From an uncultured Dictyoglomota bacterium (GTDB lineage Bacteria > Dictyoglomota > Dictyoglomia > Dictyoglomales > Dictyoglomaceae), in contig CAZZIO010000072.1 of the NCBI GenBank assembly GCA_964654465.1, positions 1 through 50,417 on the forward strand: a stretch of 50,417 nt of DNA, in the 5' to 3' direction. Under the pieces are notes generated by a model. It had not been told where the DNA came from and searched no databases. It worked only from the letters and a program-made list of their open reading frames with translations. The position numbers were made by a program, and so were the translations under genes. Shown piece after piece: positions 37,773 through 46,883 of this stretch (its first letter is position 1; each line of letters opens with the position of its first letter).

Positions 37773-38510
37773 TCACTCCTTAAACAAAAACCTCTTAACA
37801 TTATCCAAAAGTTCCTGGGGATTAAAGGGTTTTACCACATACAAATTAGCTCCTTCTTTTATAGCTGTTTCCTTCATTTCTTCGTCTCCACGAGTAGTTA
37901 ATATAATTACAGGAATATCTTTATATAAATCATGCTTTCTCATGAATTTCAAAACCTCAATTCCATGCATATCTGGCATATTAAGATCAAGAATCACTAA
38001 ATCAATCTTTTTTAATGCAAGTTTTTCAAGAGCAAATAAACCACTTTCAGCTTCCTCAAACTGAACCTTGGGAATCTTTGATAATACAGTCATAAGCATT
38101 TTACGGATAGTCTTAGAATCATCCACTAATAATATTGTCTTCATATATTCTTTTCCCCCAATTTTTTCTATTATTTCGTCAATATGAGAAAACAGCTCTG
38201 ACTTTGAAATAAAGCCATCTGCTCCTACTTCATTACTTGCCTTTCTGTATTCCTCGTTATCATATAAAGTTAAAATAATTGTTTTAGGTGGATTCTCCAT
38301 TTTTTTTATTTCCTTTATAGTGGCAAAACCATCCATATCTGGCATAACTATATCCACAAAAACAAGATCAGGTTTTTTTTCTCTCACAATTCTTATTCCT
38401 TCTTGGCCTGAATTAGCAAAACCTACAACTTCAAAATTCTCTTCTTCCAAAATCTTTACTGCAGAATTTATAAAATCTTTACTATCATCAATAAGCACTA
38501 CTTTATACAT
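37773..38510 (-). CDS. Tandem receiver-domain protein (NarL-type REC fused to CheY-type REC)
   Basis: VLIDDS..FVDIVMP..ISK and ILLVDDS..ILDLNMP..KPF. Confidence 0.85.
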   Translation of the reverse strand: MYKVVLIDDSKDFINSAVKILEEENFEVVGFANSGQEGIRIVREKKPDLVFVDIVMPDMDGFATIKEIKKMENPPKTIILTLYDNEEYRKASNEVGADGFISKSELFSHIDEIIEKIGGKEYMKTILLVDDSKTIRKMLMTVLSKIPKVQFEEAESGLFALEKLALKKIDLVILDLNMPDMHGIEVLKFMRKHDLYKDIPVIILTTRGDEEMKETAIKEGANLYVVKPFNPQELLDNVKRFLFKE

Positions 38511-38564
38511 TTTTCTACTTCATCCTCCTTGTAAAAGGATAGAATAGATATGGATATAAATCTA

Positions 38565-38602
38565 TAAGGATTTTCCTTAAGATTTTTTAGGGAAAGTTCT
38601 TA
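38565..38602. promoter_or_regulatory. Two tandem 6-3-6 inverted repeats upstream of the che operon; candidate NarL/LuxR binding sites
   Basis: TAAGGA-ttt-TCCTTA (38565) and TAGGGA-aag-TTCTTA (38588). Confidence 0.55.
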
Positions 38603-38616
38603 TGGGTACATATAAA

Positions 38617-39252
38617 TTAAATATCAGTTAATCCATGTTTAATGGCATATTTTACAAGTCCGGGTATATCATATATTCCTAACTTATCCATAATTTGAGA
38701 TTCATGAGTTTCAACGGTCTTTACACTTAAGTTTAGTTTATTAGCTATTTCTTTAGTAGAATATCCCTCTGCTATTAACTTAAGAATCTCCTTTTGACGT
38801 TCTGTAAGAACCTCTAATGGGTTTTCAAGGAGATCCAAATAATCCTTTACTAACATTTGAGCTATCTTAGGACTAATGTATATATTACCTTCATATACTG
38901 ATTTAATTGCGAATTCCAATTCAATGAAGGAGGAATCTTTTAATATATAACCTTTAGCCCCATATCTAAAGGCTTCTCTTACATATTCTTTAGAAAAATG
39001 CATAGATAAAATAATTATCTTGGTTTCAGGTGAAATTTCTTTAATCTTCTCACAAAATCTTATTCCAGAAACCTTTGGCATTGAAATATCAAGTATTAAA
39101 ACATCTGGTTTAAGATCGGATGTTTTTAATAACGTTTCTTCTCCATCTCCTGTCTCTGCAATTACCTCTATGCCCTCAACATCCTTTAAAAGAGATTTAA
39201 TCCCTTCTCTTACCAAAGTATGGTCATCAGCAATTATAATTTTTATACTCAT
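38617..39252 (-). CDS. NarL/LuxR-family response regulator
   Basis: IADDH, LDISMP, LTERQKEIL...GYSTKEIA..L.LSVKTVETH. Confidence 0.95.
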   Translation of the reverse strand: MSIKIIIADDHTLVREGIKSLLKDVEGIEVIAETGDGEETLLKTSDLKPDVLILDISMPKVSGIRFCEKIKEISPETKIIILSMHFSKEYVREAFRYGAKGYILKDSSFIELEFAIKSVYEGNIYISPKIAQMLVKDYLDLLENPLEVLTERQKEILKLIAEGYSTKEIANKLNLSVKTVETHESQIMDKLGIYDIPGLVKYAIKHGLTDI

Positions 39253-39962
39253 ATATTTCTCTCTAAAGGAATATTAATTTTTATTTCTGTACCCTTTTGG
39301 ATTTCACTTTTAATCTCAATTCTTCCGTTAAGTAGTTCAACCCTTTCCTTTATACCAAGAAGCCCTAAAGCCCTTCCTTTACTAATATCCTTAAAAACCT
39401 GTTTTATATCAAATCCTTTTCCATTATCTTTAATAAATATCTCAATTTCATCATCTTCTTGTATTACTCTTAATAAAACCTCTGTAGCTTCAGCATGTCT
39501 CACAACATTAGTTAGACCTTCTTGAATTATTCTGAAGATAGTTATAGAAAAATCTTTAGGAATATCCTTTTGTTCAAGTTTCAAGGAGAGTTCTATATTT
39601 AGATTACTTTTTTCCTTAATTTTATCTACAAGCCATTTTATAGCCGAAATTAGTCCTAAATCATCAATAAGGGAAGGTCTTAAGTTTAAAGAAATATCTC
39701 TTACCTCTTCTATAGCTCTATTTATTAAATTTATATTTTCTTCTATTTGCCCTTCAAAATCTTTACCTATTTTCCTCTTTAGTAATTCCAGGTTAATCTT
39801 TATAGCAGTAAGTATTTGCCCTATTTCATCATGTAACTCTCTTGCAATCTTTTTTCTCTCTTCTTCTTGAGCCTTTATTAAATATCTGCTAAGATTTACC
39901 CAATCACTACTGTCCTTTGAGTTTTCAAAAGATTTTTCTTTTTCAGAAGATATAATCTTCAC
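39249..39962 (-). CDS. HisKA_3 (NarX/DegS-like) histidine kinase with no sensor domain
   Basis: QEEERKKIARELHDEIGQ, QEGLTNVVRHA, DNGKGFD, LGL.GI.ERV. Confidence 0.9.
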   Translation of the reverse strand: MKIISSEKEKSFENSKDSSDWVNLSRYLIKAQEEERKKIARELHDEIGQILTAIKINLELLKRKIGKDFEGQIEENINLINRAIEEVRDISLNLRPSLIDDLGLISAIKWLVDKIKEKSNLNIELSLKLEQKDIPKDFSITIFRIIQEGLTNVVRHAEATEVLLRVIQEDDEIEIFIKDNGKGFDIKQVFKDISKGRALGLLGIKERVELLNGRIEIKSEIQKGTEIKINIPLERNI

Positions 39963-40017
39963 CCCTTAATTATTTAACTTCTTAAAAATTTATATAATAA
40001 ATTATAACTAATTTCAA

Positions 40018-41334
40018 CTAAGTATCATTATCAGAAATAATCACTATAACTATATCATTCACATTTGTATGCGTAGGTCCAACTTTGATTAAATCACCCA
40101 ACTTATCGAAAAAATGATATGAATCATTATTTAGAAGATATAATACTGGATCTAATCCTAATTCTCGTGCCCTTTTAAGAGTAGTAGTATCGGCATATGC
40201 TCCAGCTGCATCACAAGGACCATCTCTTCCATCTGTGGCAAAAGCCATCATATAAACCTTCTCTAAATCATCTATTTCAATAGCAAAAGATAAAGCAAGT
40301 TCTTGATTCCTACCCCCTAAGCCACTGCCCTTTATAGTAACTGTTGTTTCACCCCCAAAAATAAGAGCACATGGTGAAGAAATAGGATTTCCTGAATATT
40401 TTATCTCTCTAACTATACCTGCAATTACCTTAGCTACTTCTCTCGCCTCACCCTCTAAAAAACCTGAAACAAGAATAGTATTGAAACCTAATTCCTTTAA
40501 CCTCTGCATCACTTTCTCTAAATAATCCCTATTAGAAAGGATAATCAAAGCATAATGCCTACTGTCGATAGATTTTGGAGTCTCTGGAATATCTCCTGCC
40601 ATTCCCTTCTTTATAAGCTCTTTAACCCTATCTGGTATCTTTTCCCATAAATCATATTTAATAAAAATATTGTAAACATCTTGATATGTGGTAGGATCAG
40701 GAACAGTAGGACCAGAAGCAATACTATCCAATGGATTTCCAAGAACATCAGATATTATTAAAGTAACAATTGTTCCTTTACATATATCAGCAAGTTGTCC
40801 ACCTTTTATCTTGCTTAAATGCTTTCTGACAGCATTTATCTCTTGTATTCTGGCAGAACATGATAACAAAAGTTTAGTGGTCTCTATCTTATCCTCAAGC
40901 AATATCCCATCTCTTGGTAATGGAAGAAGAGCTGATCCTCCACCCGATAATAAGAATACTAATATATCCCCTTCCTCCATACTTTTTACAAAATCATAAA
41001 TTTTCTCGGCAGCTTTAACCCCATTCTCATCGGGTATAGGATGAGAGGAATGTATAACCTCAATATTTCCCTCAAAAGATCCCTCATATCCATAAGGTAC
41101 TACTACATATCCTTTATTTATCAGATCTCCTAAGATTTCTATAATCCCCTCGGTCATTGTAAAAGATGCTTTACCAACGGCAAGAAGATATACTTTGCTT
41201 TTTATTTCAAACTTTCTCTCCTTTACCTTTAACAATTTATATTCTGGATCATAGGAAACATATTTTTTAATTGCATCTTTTGGATTCAAACTTCTTATAG
41301 TATCTATAATGATATTTTGTAATAAATTTTTCAC
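40018..41334 (-). CDS. Glycerate 2-kinase (type II, MOFRL family)
   Basis: GKA, HPIPD, SGGGSAL, KGGQLA, SDV.G, IASGPT, GGETTV, GGRNQE, TDGRDG, TNVND. Confidence 0.92.
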   Translation of the reverse strand: MKNLLQNIIIDTIRSLNPKDAIKKYVSYDPEYKLLKVKERKFEIKSKVYLLAVGKASFTMTEGIIEILGDLINKGYVVVPYGYEGSFEGNIEVIHSSHPIPDENGVKAAEKIYDFVKSMEEGDILVFLLSGGGSALLPLPRDGILLEDKIETTKLLLSCSARIQEINAVRKHLSKIKGGQLADICKGTIVTLIISDVLGNPLDSIASGPTVPDPTTYQDVYNIFIKYDLWEKIPDRVKELIKKGMAGDIPETPKSIDSRHYALIILSNRDYLEKVMQRLKELGFNTILVSGFLEGEAREVAKVIAGIVREIKYSGNPISSPCALIFGGETTVTIKGSGLGGRNQELALSFAIEIDDLEKVYMMAFATDGRDGPCDAAGAYADTTTLKRARELGLDPVLYLLNNDSYHFFDKLGDLIKVGPTHTNVNDIVIVIISDNDT

Positions 41335-41340
41335 ATTCTT

Positions 41341-43332
41341 TTATTTCATGACCTCCCTTTTTCTCAAAAAGATTAATATAATAATATTTACTGCTAAAAC
41401 TATTATAAATACTGCAAGATATAGAATCGAAGGTCGGAATTCAAAAATAGATATAAATCTTTCTTTTCTTTCCACAAGATTAAAAGATGATGTATTTCCA
41501 AGTTTTGTCATTATGAAAACTTGTCCATAAATCTTTCCTATATTCCTTATATCATCTAAAAAATTATTAAACTTAATAAGAGAACTTTCGTCATTGTATA
41601 AGATAACATATAGTTTCCCATTTCCTCCAAGAGGAGAATAATCAGATTGCATAACTATATCTGTTGTAAAACCATCGAAGAATATACCTAAATCTTTTTT
41701 AAATATAAATTTATTACCTTCTGGTTTTACCCATAGATTTTTCTCAATTTTCCTTAATCTATCATCATAGAAACTACCTATAAAGAAGATATCCTTATCC
41801 TTCATTTCCTCTTTCAATTCATTCCCTAAAATTACTTTAAAGTTATAAATATTACCTGTGTTTTGCGAAATCTTTCCTATCAATGTAGCCATTAAAGATA
41901 TTTCGTAAGGAGTTGGATTTTGAGGAAACCATATATAGATATCCTGGTAATTTCCACTCCATATGTTCCTCAAATTAGGATATTCTTCCGCATAACCTTT
42001 ATTTAAGTAAATAACAGAATCACCATCTATCTTTGTCCATGCAATCTCATCATACCTTTTATCACAATCCCCATCTTTCAATGCATGATAAACTTTTATT
42101 TCAATATTCCATTCCTTTTCTTTCAAAAGATCCTTAGGAAAATATGCTTTTAATCTTCCACTTTCTATATTCCCACCATATAACCTTTCTGCTTTTACAG
42201 GAATCCCGTTAATATACAGAGTTATACCTGATTTCTCGGGATCTAATACAGGAGAATGGGAAAATTTTAGCTCTATATAAGAACCTGTCTGTATTGATTG
42301 ATAACCTATAGGTAATTTTAAGGAGAAAGAAAAACTTTGATGATGGGCTCCTGAAATTACCACATTACTATAACTAAGATCCTTTAAAGTCAAAACCTTC
42401 TTACTTTCAATTTCTCTTTCAGATAAAGAAGGCTCCGAGGTTATGATAACAGGATTTGTCTCTGTTAATTTTACCTGCTCAGGATTCAATAGATATTTTA
42501 TAGACTTTTCAATACCCTTTCCTTTACCAGAAATATATATTTGCAAATTATCATTGTATTTAGCTAAATATAATAAACCTGAATCCTCATCTATGTTAGT
42601 AAAACTTTTATCATTAAAAATTCTCCATCTTTCTAAACTTCCAATTAATATTTGATTTTCTCCTTTTTTAACATAAGGATCATCCAAAAACACCCTAAAA
42701 GAAAGCCTTTTATATCTCTCCTTTATCGAAAGATTATTTACAAGCTTAAAGAGAATATCTAAATTTTGATTTGATACCTCATTTAAATAGATATTGGAAT
42801 TAATCACTTTTAGAGATAATAAATCCATAAAGGGATAAGGGAAATAAGAAATTTTATAAGGCTTATCTGATGTTTCAAGATGTAAAATAGAAGTATTGTT
42901 AATGATGAACCAATTAGCATCATTATCCAAATCCTTACAAGGTCCCTCAATATTTCTTTGTCTTGTAGAAATTGTTAATTCATTGAAGCCGTGCTTTAAT
43001 CTCCTTACAGGAATCTTAACAGTAAGTTTCACATAGTTTCCTTCTTTTTTTACAATAGAACTACTGGATATAGGATATCCATTTATTAAAATGGTAAAAA
43101 AAGACTCATTAGACTTTATGGTCTCTGAATAAAAGTAATTTAGATTTAAATAACACTTGTCCAATATATTTACACCTTCCGGAATATAAAACCAAAAAGA
43201 GTACCTATTTAAAGGTAAATTAAGAAGAACATCTTGAGAGGTTATAGGTAAATTGTACACTTTTATATTATCATAGCCAAAAACAGGAACCATCATTAAT
43301 ATTATGAGAAAAAGAAACAAACATCTCCTCAT
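41341..43332 (-). CDS. ydaN: BcsB-like polysaccharide synthase accessory subunit (YdaN-like)
   Basis: Signal peptide, two jelly-roll-like modules (ING.P), GPC...N..W, FPYPF, single C-terminal TM; follows the GT2. Confidence 0.75.
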   Translation of the reverse strand: MRRCLFLFLIILMMVPVFGYDNIKVYNLPITSQDVLLNLPLNRYSFWFYIPEGVNILDKCYLNLNYFYSETIKSNESFFTILINGYPISSSSIVKKEGNYVKLTVKIPVRRLKHGFNELTISTRQRNIEGPCKDLDNDANWFIINNTSILHLETSDKPYKISYFPYPFMDLLSLKVINSNIYLNEVSNQNLDILFKLVNNLSIKERYKRLSFRVFLDDPYVKKGENQILIGSLERWRIFNDKSFTNIDEDSGLLYLAKYNDNLQIYISGKGKGIEKSIKYLLNPEQVKLTETNPVIITSEPSLSEREIESKKVLTLKDLSYSNVVISGAHHQSFSFSLKLPIGYQSIQTGSYIELKFSHSPVLDPEKSGITLYINGIPVKAERLYGGNIESGRLKAYFPKDLLKEKEWNIEIKVYHALKDGDCDKRYDEIAWTKIDGDSVIYLNKGYAEEYPNLRNIWSGNYQDIYIWFPQNPTPYEISLMATLIGKISQNTGNIYNFKVILGNELKEEMKDKDIFFIGSFYDDRLRKIEKNLWVKPEGNKFIFKKDLGIFFDGFTTDIVMQSDYSPLGGNGKLYVILYNDESSLIKFNNFLDDIRNIGKIYGQVFIMTKLGNTSSFNLVERKERFISIFEFRPSILYLAVFIIVLAVNIIILIFLRKREVMK

Positions 43333-44588
43333 TATTCTGAACTCCTTTCTGTTTTATACCATTTCACAGTTTTACCTGTTATTCTATCTTTAAGAGTAAA
43401 ATAGATTGCCCTGATAACAACAAAAAGCCATAATTGACAGTATGTAAAATACATAAGACATATAAGTAGAAGATTTTTTAAATTACCTTCTCCCCTTTCC
43501 AAGCTCAAAGATATAAAAGTCTCAGTTATAAAAAGTAAATATGCTAATATCCATATAGTAAATAGAGGCCCTCCCAAATGAAGTTTTATAACTTTTAAAA
43601 GCCCCAACCCAAAAATAATATCTGATATTAAAATGGCAGAAAAAGCCACAAGATAGATGTAAGAGAAATAAATAATATCAAAAGCAATTTTGCTTCTTAA
43701 ACTAAATATATTCTTCAAATACTGAGCAATAACAGAAATATTACCTCTTGCCCATCTTGTTCTTTGTTTTATCCAAATCTTTAATCTTTCTGGCTCTTGC
43801 TCCCAAGTTACTGCTTGTGGTATCCATTTTATTCTATATCCCTCCTTATATATCCTTATAGTAAGCTCTGTGTCCTCAGTAAGGGAATGAATATTCCATC
43901 CTCCAATTTTTTCCAAAAGATCTTTCCTAATTATAAAATTGGTACCAGGAATAGTAGTAAGACCTAAAAAATAGTTTCTTGAAGCTTGAATAAGCCACTG
44001 GAAACTAAGTGTTTCTATATTTATAAACCTTGTAAGAAGATTTTTATCTTTATTTCTCGTTCTAAACTTTCCTACCACTGCTCCAAGATTATCATCCTTA
44101 ATTATAAATCTCACTAAATTATAAATTGCTTTTCTTTCTGGAGTATTATCAGCATCATAAACCAATATATAATCTCCCTTCGCTATCTTTAATCCTTGAT
44201 TTAGAGCATTTGATTTACCCTTAGCTCCTAAGGGGGGCTTAATCTCAAGTACTTTAAGATTTGGATATAACTTTTGTTTCTCTTTTAATACTTCTCCTGT
44301 CCCATCAGTAGAATTATCATTAATCACTATGATTTCAAATTTATCACGAGGATAATAAGCCCTCGCTATAGCATCTACTGTATTGCCTATAACCTTTTCC
44401 TCATTATGAGCAGGCACCAAAACAGAGATAAAAGGATACTCTTTTATCTCTTCATCTTCTTCAAAGTCTAAACTTATAAGAAAATAGCGATATCCAAAAT
44501 AGGTTAGCAAGATATGATATAAAAGAACAGACCAAGTCATTACCATGGATATTACAAAAGCATAATCCCAGAAAGTCAGAACTTTCAC
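43332..44588 (-). CDS. ydaM: Processive GT2 polysaccharide synthase (YdaM/IcaA-like)
   Basis: VPAHNEE, NDNSTD, GKSNALN, VYDAD, TEDTE, QRTRW; TM helices at both ends. Confidence 0.88.
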   Translation of the reverse strand: MKVLTFWDYAFVISMVMTWSVLLYHILLTYFGYRYFLISLDFEEDEEIKEYPFISVLVPAHNEEKVIGNTVDAIARAYYPRDKFEIIVINDNSTDGTGEVLKEKQKLYPNLKVLEIKPPLGAKGKSNALNQGLKIAKGDYILVYDADNTPERKAIYNLVRFIIKDDNLGAVVGKFRTRNKDKNLLTRFINIETLSFQWLIQASRNYFLGLTTIPGTNFIIRKDLLEKIGGWNIHSLTEDTELTIRIYKEGYRIKWIPQAVTWEQEPERLKIWIKQRTRWARGNISVIAQYLKNIFSLRSKIAFDIIYFSYIYLVAFSAILISDIIFGLGLLKVIKLHLGGPLFTIWILAYLLFITETFISLSLERGEGNLKNLLLICLMYFTYCQLWLFVVIRAIYFTLKDRITGKTVKWYKTERSSE

Positions 44589-46048
44589 TGCCTTTTTCCC
44601 CTCTCATATAATCTGATTCTGGAAAACACAAGATAAAGAATAATAACAATAAAACTTGTTACTACGAATATCAATATAATTCTTAAATATTCAACAAATT
44701 TTTCAAAAAACCTTTCTAATCTACTTTTTGAATACGGCAATACATTGCTTACAACAACTTTTTTCCCATTTTTATTCATTATTATTAAATTATTATTCTC
44801 CACATGATATGGCTCTTTTAAAAGATCAAGAAAATCATAACCCAAATCTTTCAAACCCAGTATAAGCCTTTCTATGTCTTCCCTATCTAAATATATAGGT
44901 ATAGAAATTCCTAATATGGCATCCCTCAAAGCCAAAAAATCTTTTGCTTTTCTTAAAATTAAATTCACATTCTTTGGATCCTTTGGATTATAAAAGCCTG
45001 CATTTATTGGATAGATAAGTGTATACAATCTTTTTGTAAAGACCAGATCATCACCGAGAAGGATCCTAAAGAATTTTGCAGCATCAATATATCTCTCTTT
45101 ATAAGGTACACCGTAAAATTTAAAAGCAATGGGATGTATTCCATAACTTGCCAAAAGATTTAAATCACTATTTATCTTTGAATCGTAGTTTTTCTCATAA
45201 TAACTTCCCTGTATTATACCAATATTACTATTTTCTATTTCCAATAATACCTTACTAAGCTTTTCATTATCACTAAGATAATATAATTTTCCATCCTTTT
45301 TTACTGTGGGATACACCACTATAGAATAAGGAATCTGATGACAACAGACCGTTTGAAGTTTTCCTTGAAGGAGAGATGCATCAGTAAAAGGATTTATTTC
45401 ATCAATAATTATAAGAGCTTTTTTAAAAGAAGGATACTTAATTCCTAAAATATCATGTAAAAGATCTAAAAAAACTATTCCAGTACTATCTCTAAAATCT
45501 AATCTCCCAAAATAATAAAGATTGTCCACTCGAAATACATAAGGAAAATTATTTAAATCATCAGATACATAAGACAATACATTGGCTTTTTTAGGAAGAA
45601 CTATATGAATAAAAGTTTGAGGATCAAAAGAAAGTTTATAACCCTTATAACTTAACTCTATAAAGCCGTATCTTTTTCCTACATCCTTGAATTCACTACA
45701 TCCTATATATTTTGCAAACTGATCTATATTTTCCTCAATCCAAACAATCTTTTTACTCTTTGAAATCTCTTTTAAAAAATCCCTTTTTAAGAGCTTCTCT
45801 TGAAACCCCAAATATATAACAAGATCATATTGGGTTACATCAGGTAAAAGCTCTTCACTATTTACAGATCCTACATATACTCCATAGTGGGACAAATATT
45901 CTTCCAACTGATTCCCAATTGGATAGTCTTCTCCTATTCTTGAAAAACTGTCATAGATTACTAATACTCTCTTAGTCTCCTCTGCAAAGGAGAGGGTTAA
46001 AATAATTAAGATAAGAAAGATAAGAATTATCTTAAACTTATACATCAT
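44585..46048 (-). CDS. ydaL: DUF2334 deacetylase-like protein (YdaL-like)
   Basis: Signal peptide, VLVIYD N-domain, DLLHDIL..ALIIIDEINP, C-terminal TM; position in the operon. Confidence 0.65.
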   Translation of the reverse strand: MMYKFKIILIFLILIILTLSFAEETKRVLVIYDSFSRIGEDYPIGNQLEEYLSHYGVYVGSVNSEELLPDVTQYDLVIYLGFQEKLLKRDFLKEISKSKKIVWIEENIDQFAKYIGCSEFKDVGKRYGFIELSYKGYKLSFDPQTFIHIVLPKKANVLSYVSDDLNNFPYVFRVDNLYYFGRLDFRDSTGIVFLDLLHDILGIKYPSFKKALIIIDEINPFTDASLLQGKLQTVCCHQIPYSIVVYPTVKKDGKLYYLSDNEKLSKVLLEIENSNIGIIQGSYYEKNYDSKINSDLNLLASYGIHPIAFKFYGVPYKERYIDAAKFFRILLGDDLVFTKRLYTLIYPINAGFYNPKDPKNVNLILRKAKDFLALRDAILGISIPIYLDREDIERLILGLKDLGYDFLDLLKEPYHVENNNLIIMNKNGKKVVVSNVLPYSKSRLERFFEKFVEYLRIILIFVVTSFIVIILYLVFSRIRLYERGKRQ

Positions 46049-46883
46049 ATTTACTACTATCTTTTGCTCTTTCCCAAATAATCAGTGTATCTTCACCTTC
46101 CTGGAATTCTGCCTCACCAATTTTAATTTTTAATGATATAACCCTTCTTTTTCCTCCTATTTCAACAATGATCTTATCCAAAGCTCTATGAAGTTTCTCC
46201 TTTACTATTTTTACGGAATTGATATCAGTATCTGGCAATATGATGCCCAAAACTCCATCTTCTATTCTTCCTTTTATGTCTGTAGTCCTTGTATTCTTTA
46301 AGATTTCATTTGCAATTACCCTTAAGATACTCTTATATCCATCCTCTCCATATATATTCTTCAATTCCTTCCAATCCACAATATTAATGTAAAGTATAGA
46401 AAAAGTCTCCTTATACCTTTGTGCCCTCTTAATCTCTTCTTCTAATCTCTGAAAAAACCCAAAAGGATTATAAAATCCAGTAACATCATCTAATAAAACC
46501 AATTTTTCCCTTTCCTCAAATTCTCTAAGCCTTTCCTTCAAAACCCTAAATTCCCTCTCCAAACTTCCCGAAAGAAAAGCTCCTACAGGAAACGAAACTA
46601 ACCAAAAAGCATATTCCAATTTAAACTCAGAAATAGTATTCAATACTATAATGGAATATAAGAGATAGGATCCGTACCCAAAAACTAAAAATAAAGAAGT
46701 AATTAAGCCAGCTACTATCCTAAGATTATAGGCTATCAACATATTCAAAATAAGAGCAGAAAACAATAAGTAATTAATAAAATTTACATTATAGCTAGTA
46801 CTAAATATTACTATTAGAATTAAAAGCCAAAAAATTAACAAAAGGCTAAAAATAAGATTATCTTTCATAAAATTCCTTTCCAT
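46038..46883 (-). CDS. ydaK: Membrane-bound degenerate GGDEF c-di-GMP receptor (YdaK-like)
   Basis: 4 TM helices, coiled coil, DDVTGFYN, intact RTTD I-site, GGDEF replaced by EDGVL. Confidence 0.82.
   Translation of the reverse strand: MERNFMKDNLIFSLLLIFWLLILIVIFSTSYNVNFINYLLFSALILNMLIAYNLRIVAGLITSLFLVFGYGSYLLYSIIVLNTISEFKLEYAFWLVSFPVGAFLSGSLEREFRVLKERLREFEEREKLVLLDDVTGFYNPFGFFQRLEEEIKRAQRYKETFSILYINIVDWKELKNIYGEDGYKSILRVIANEILKNTRTTDIKGRIEDGVLGIILPDTDINSVKIVKEKLHRALDKIIVEIGGKRRVISLKIKIGEAEFQEGEDTLIIWERAKDSSKYDV

Noticed and set aside
41341-44588. Calling the GT2/BcsB-like pair a cellulose synthase (bcsAB)
   Set aside because: The GT2 is short, lacks a PilZ domain and sits in ydaJKLMN order; polymer identity cannot be read from the sequence
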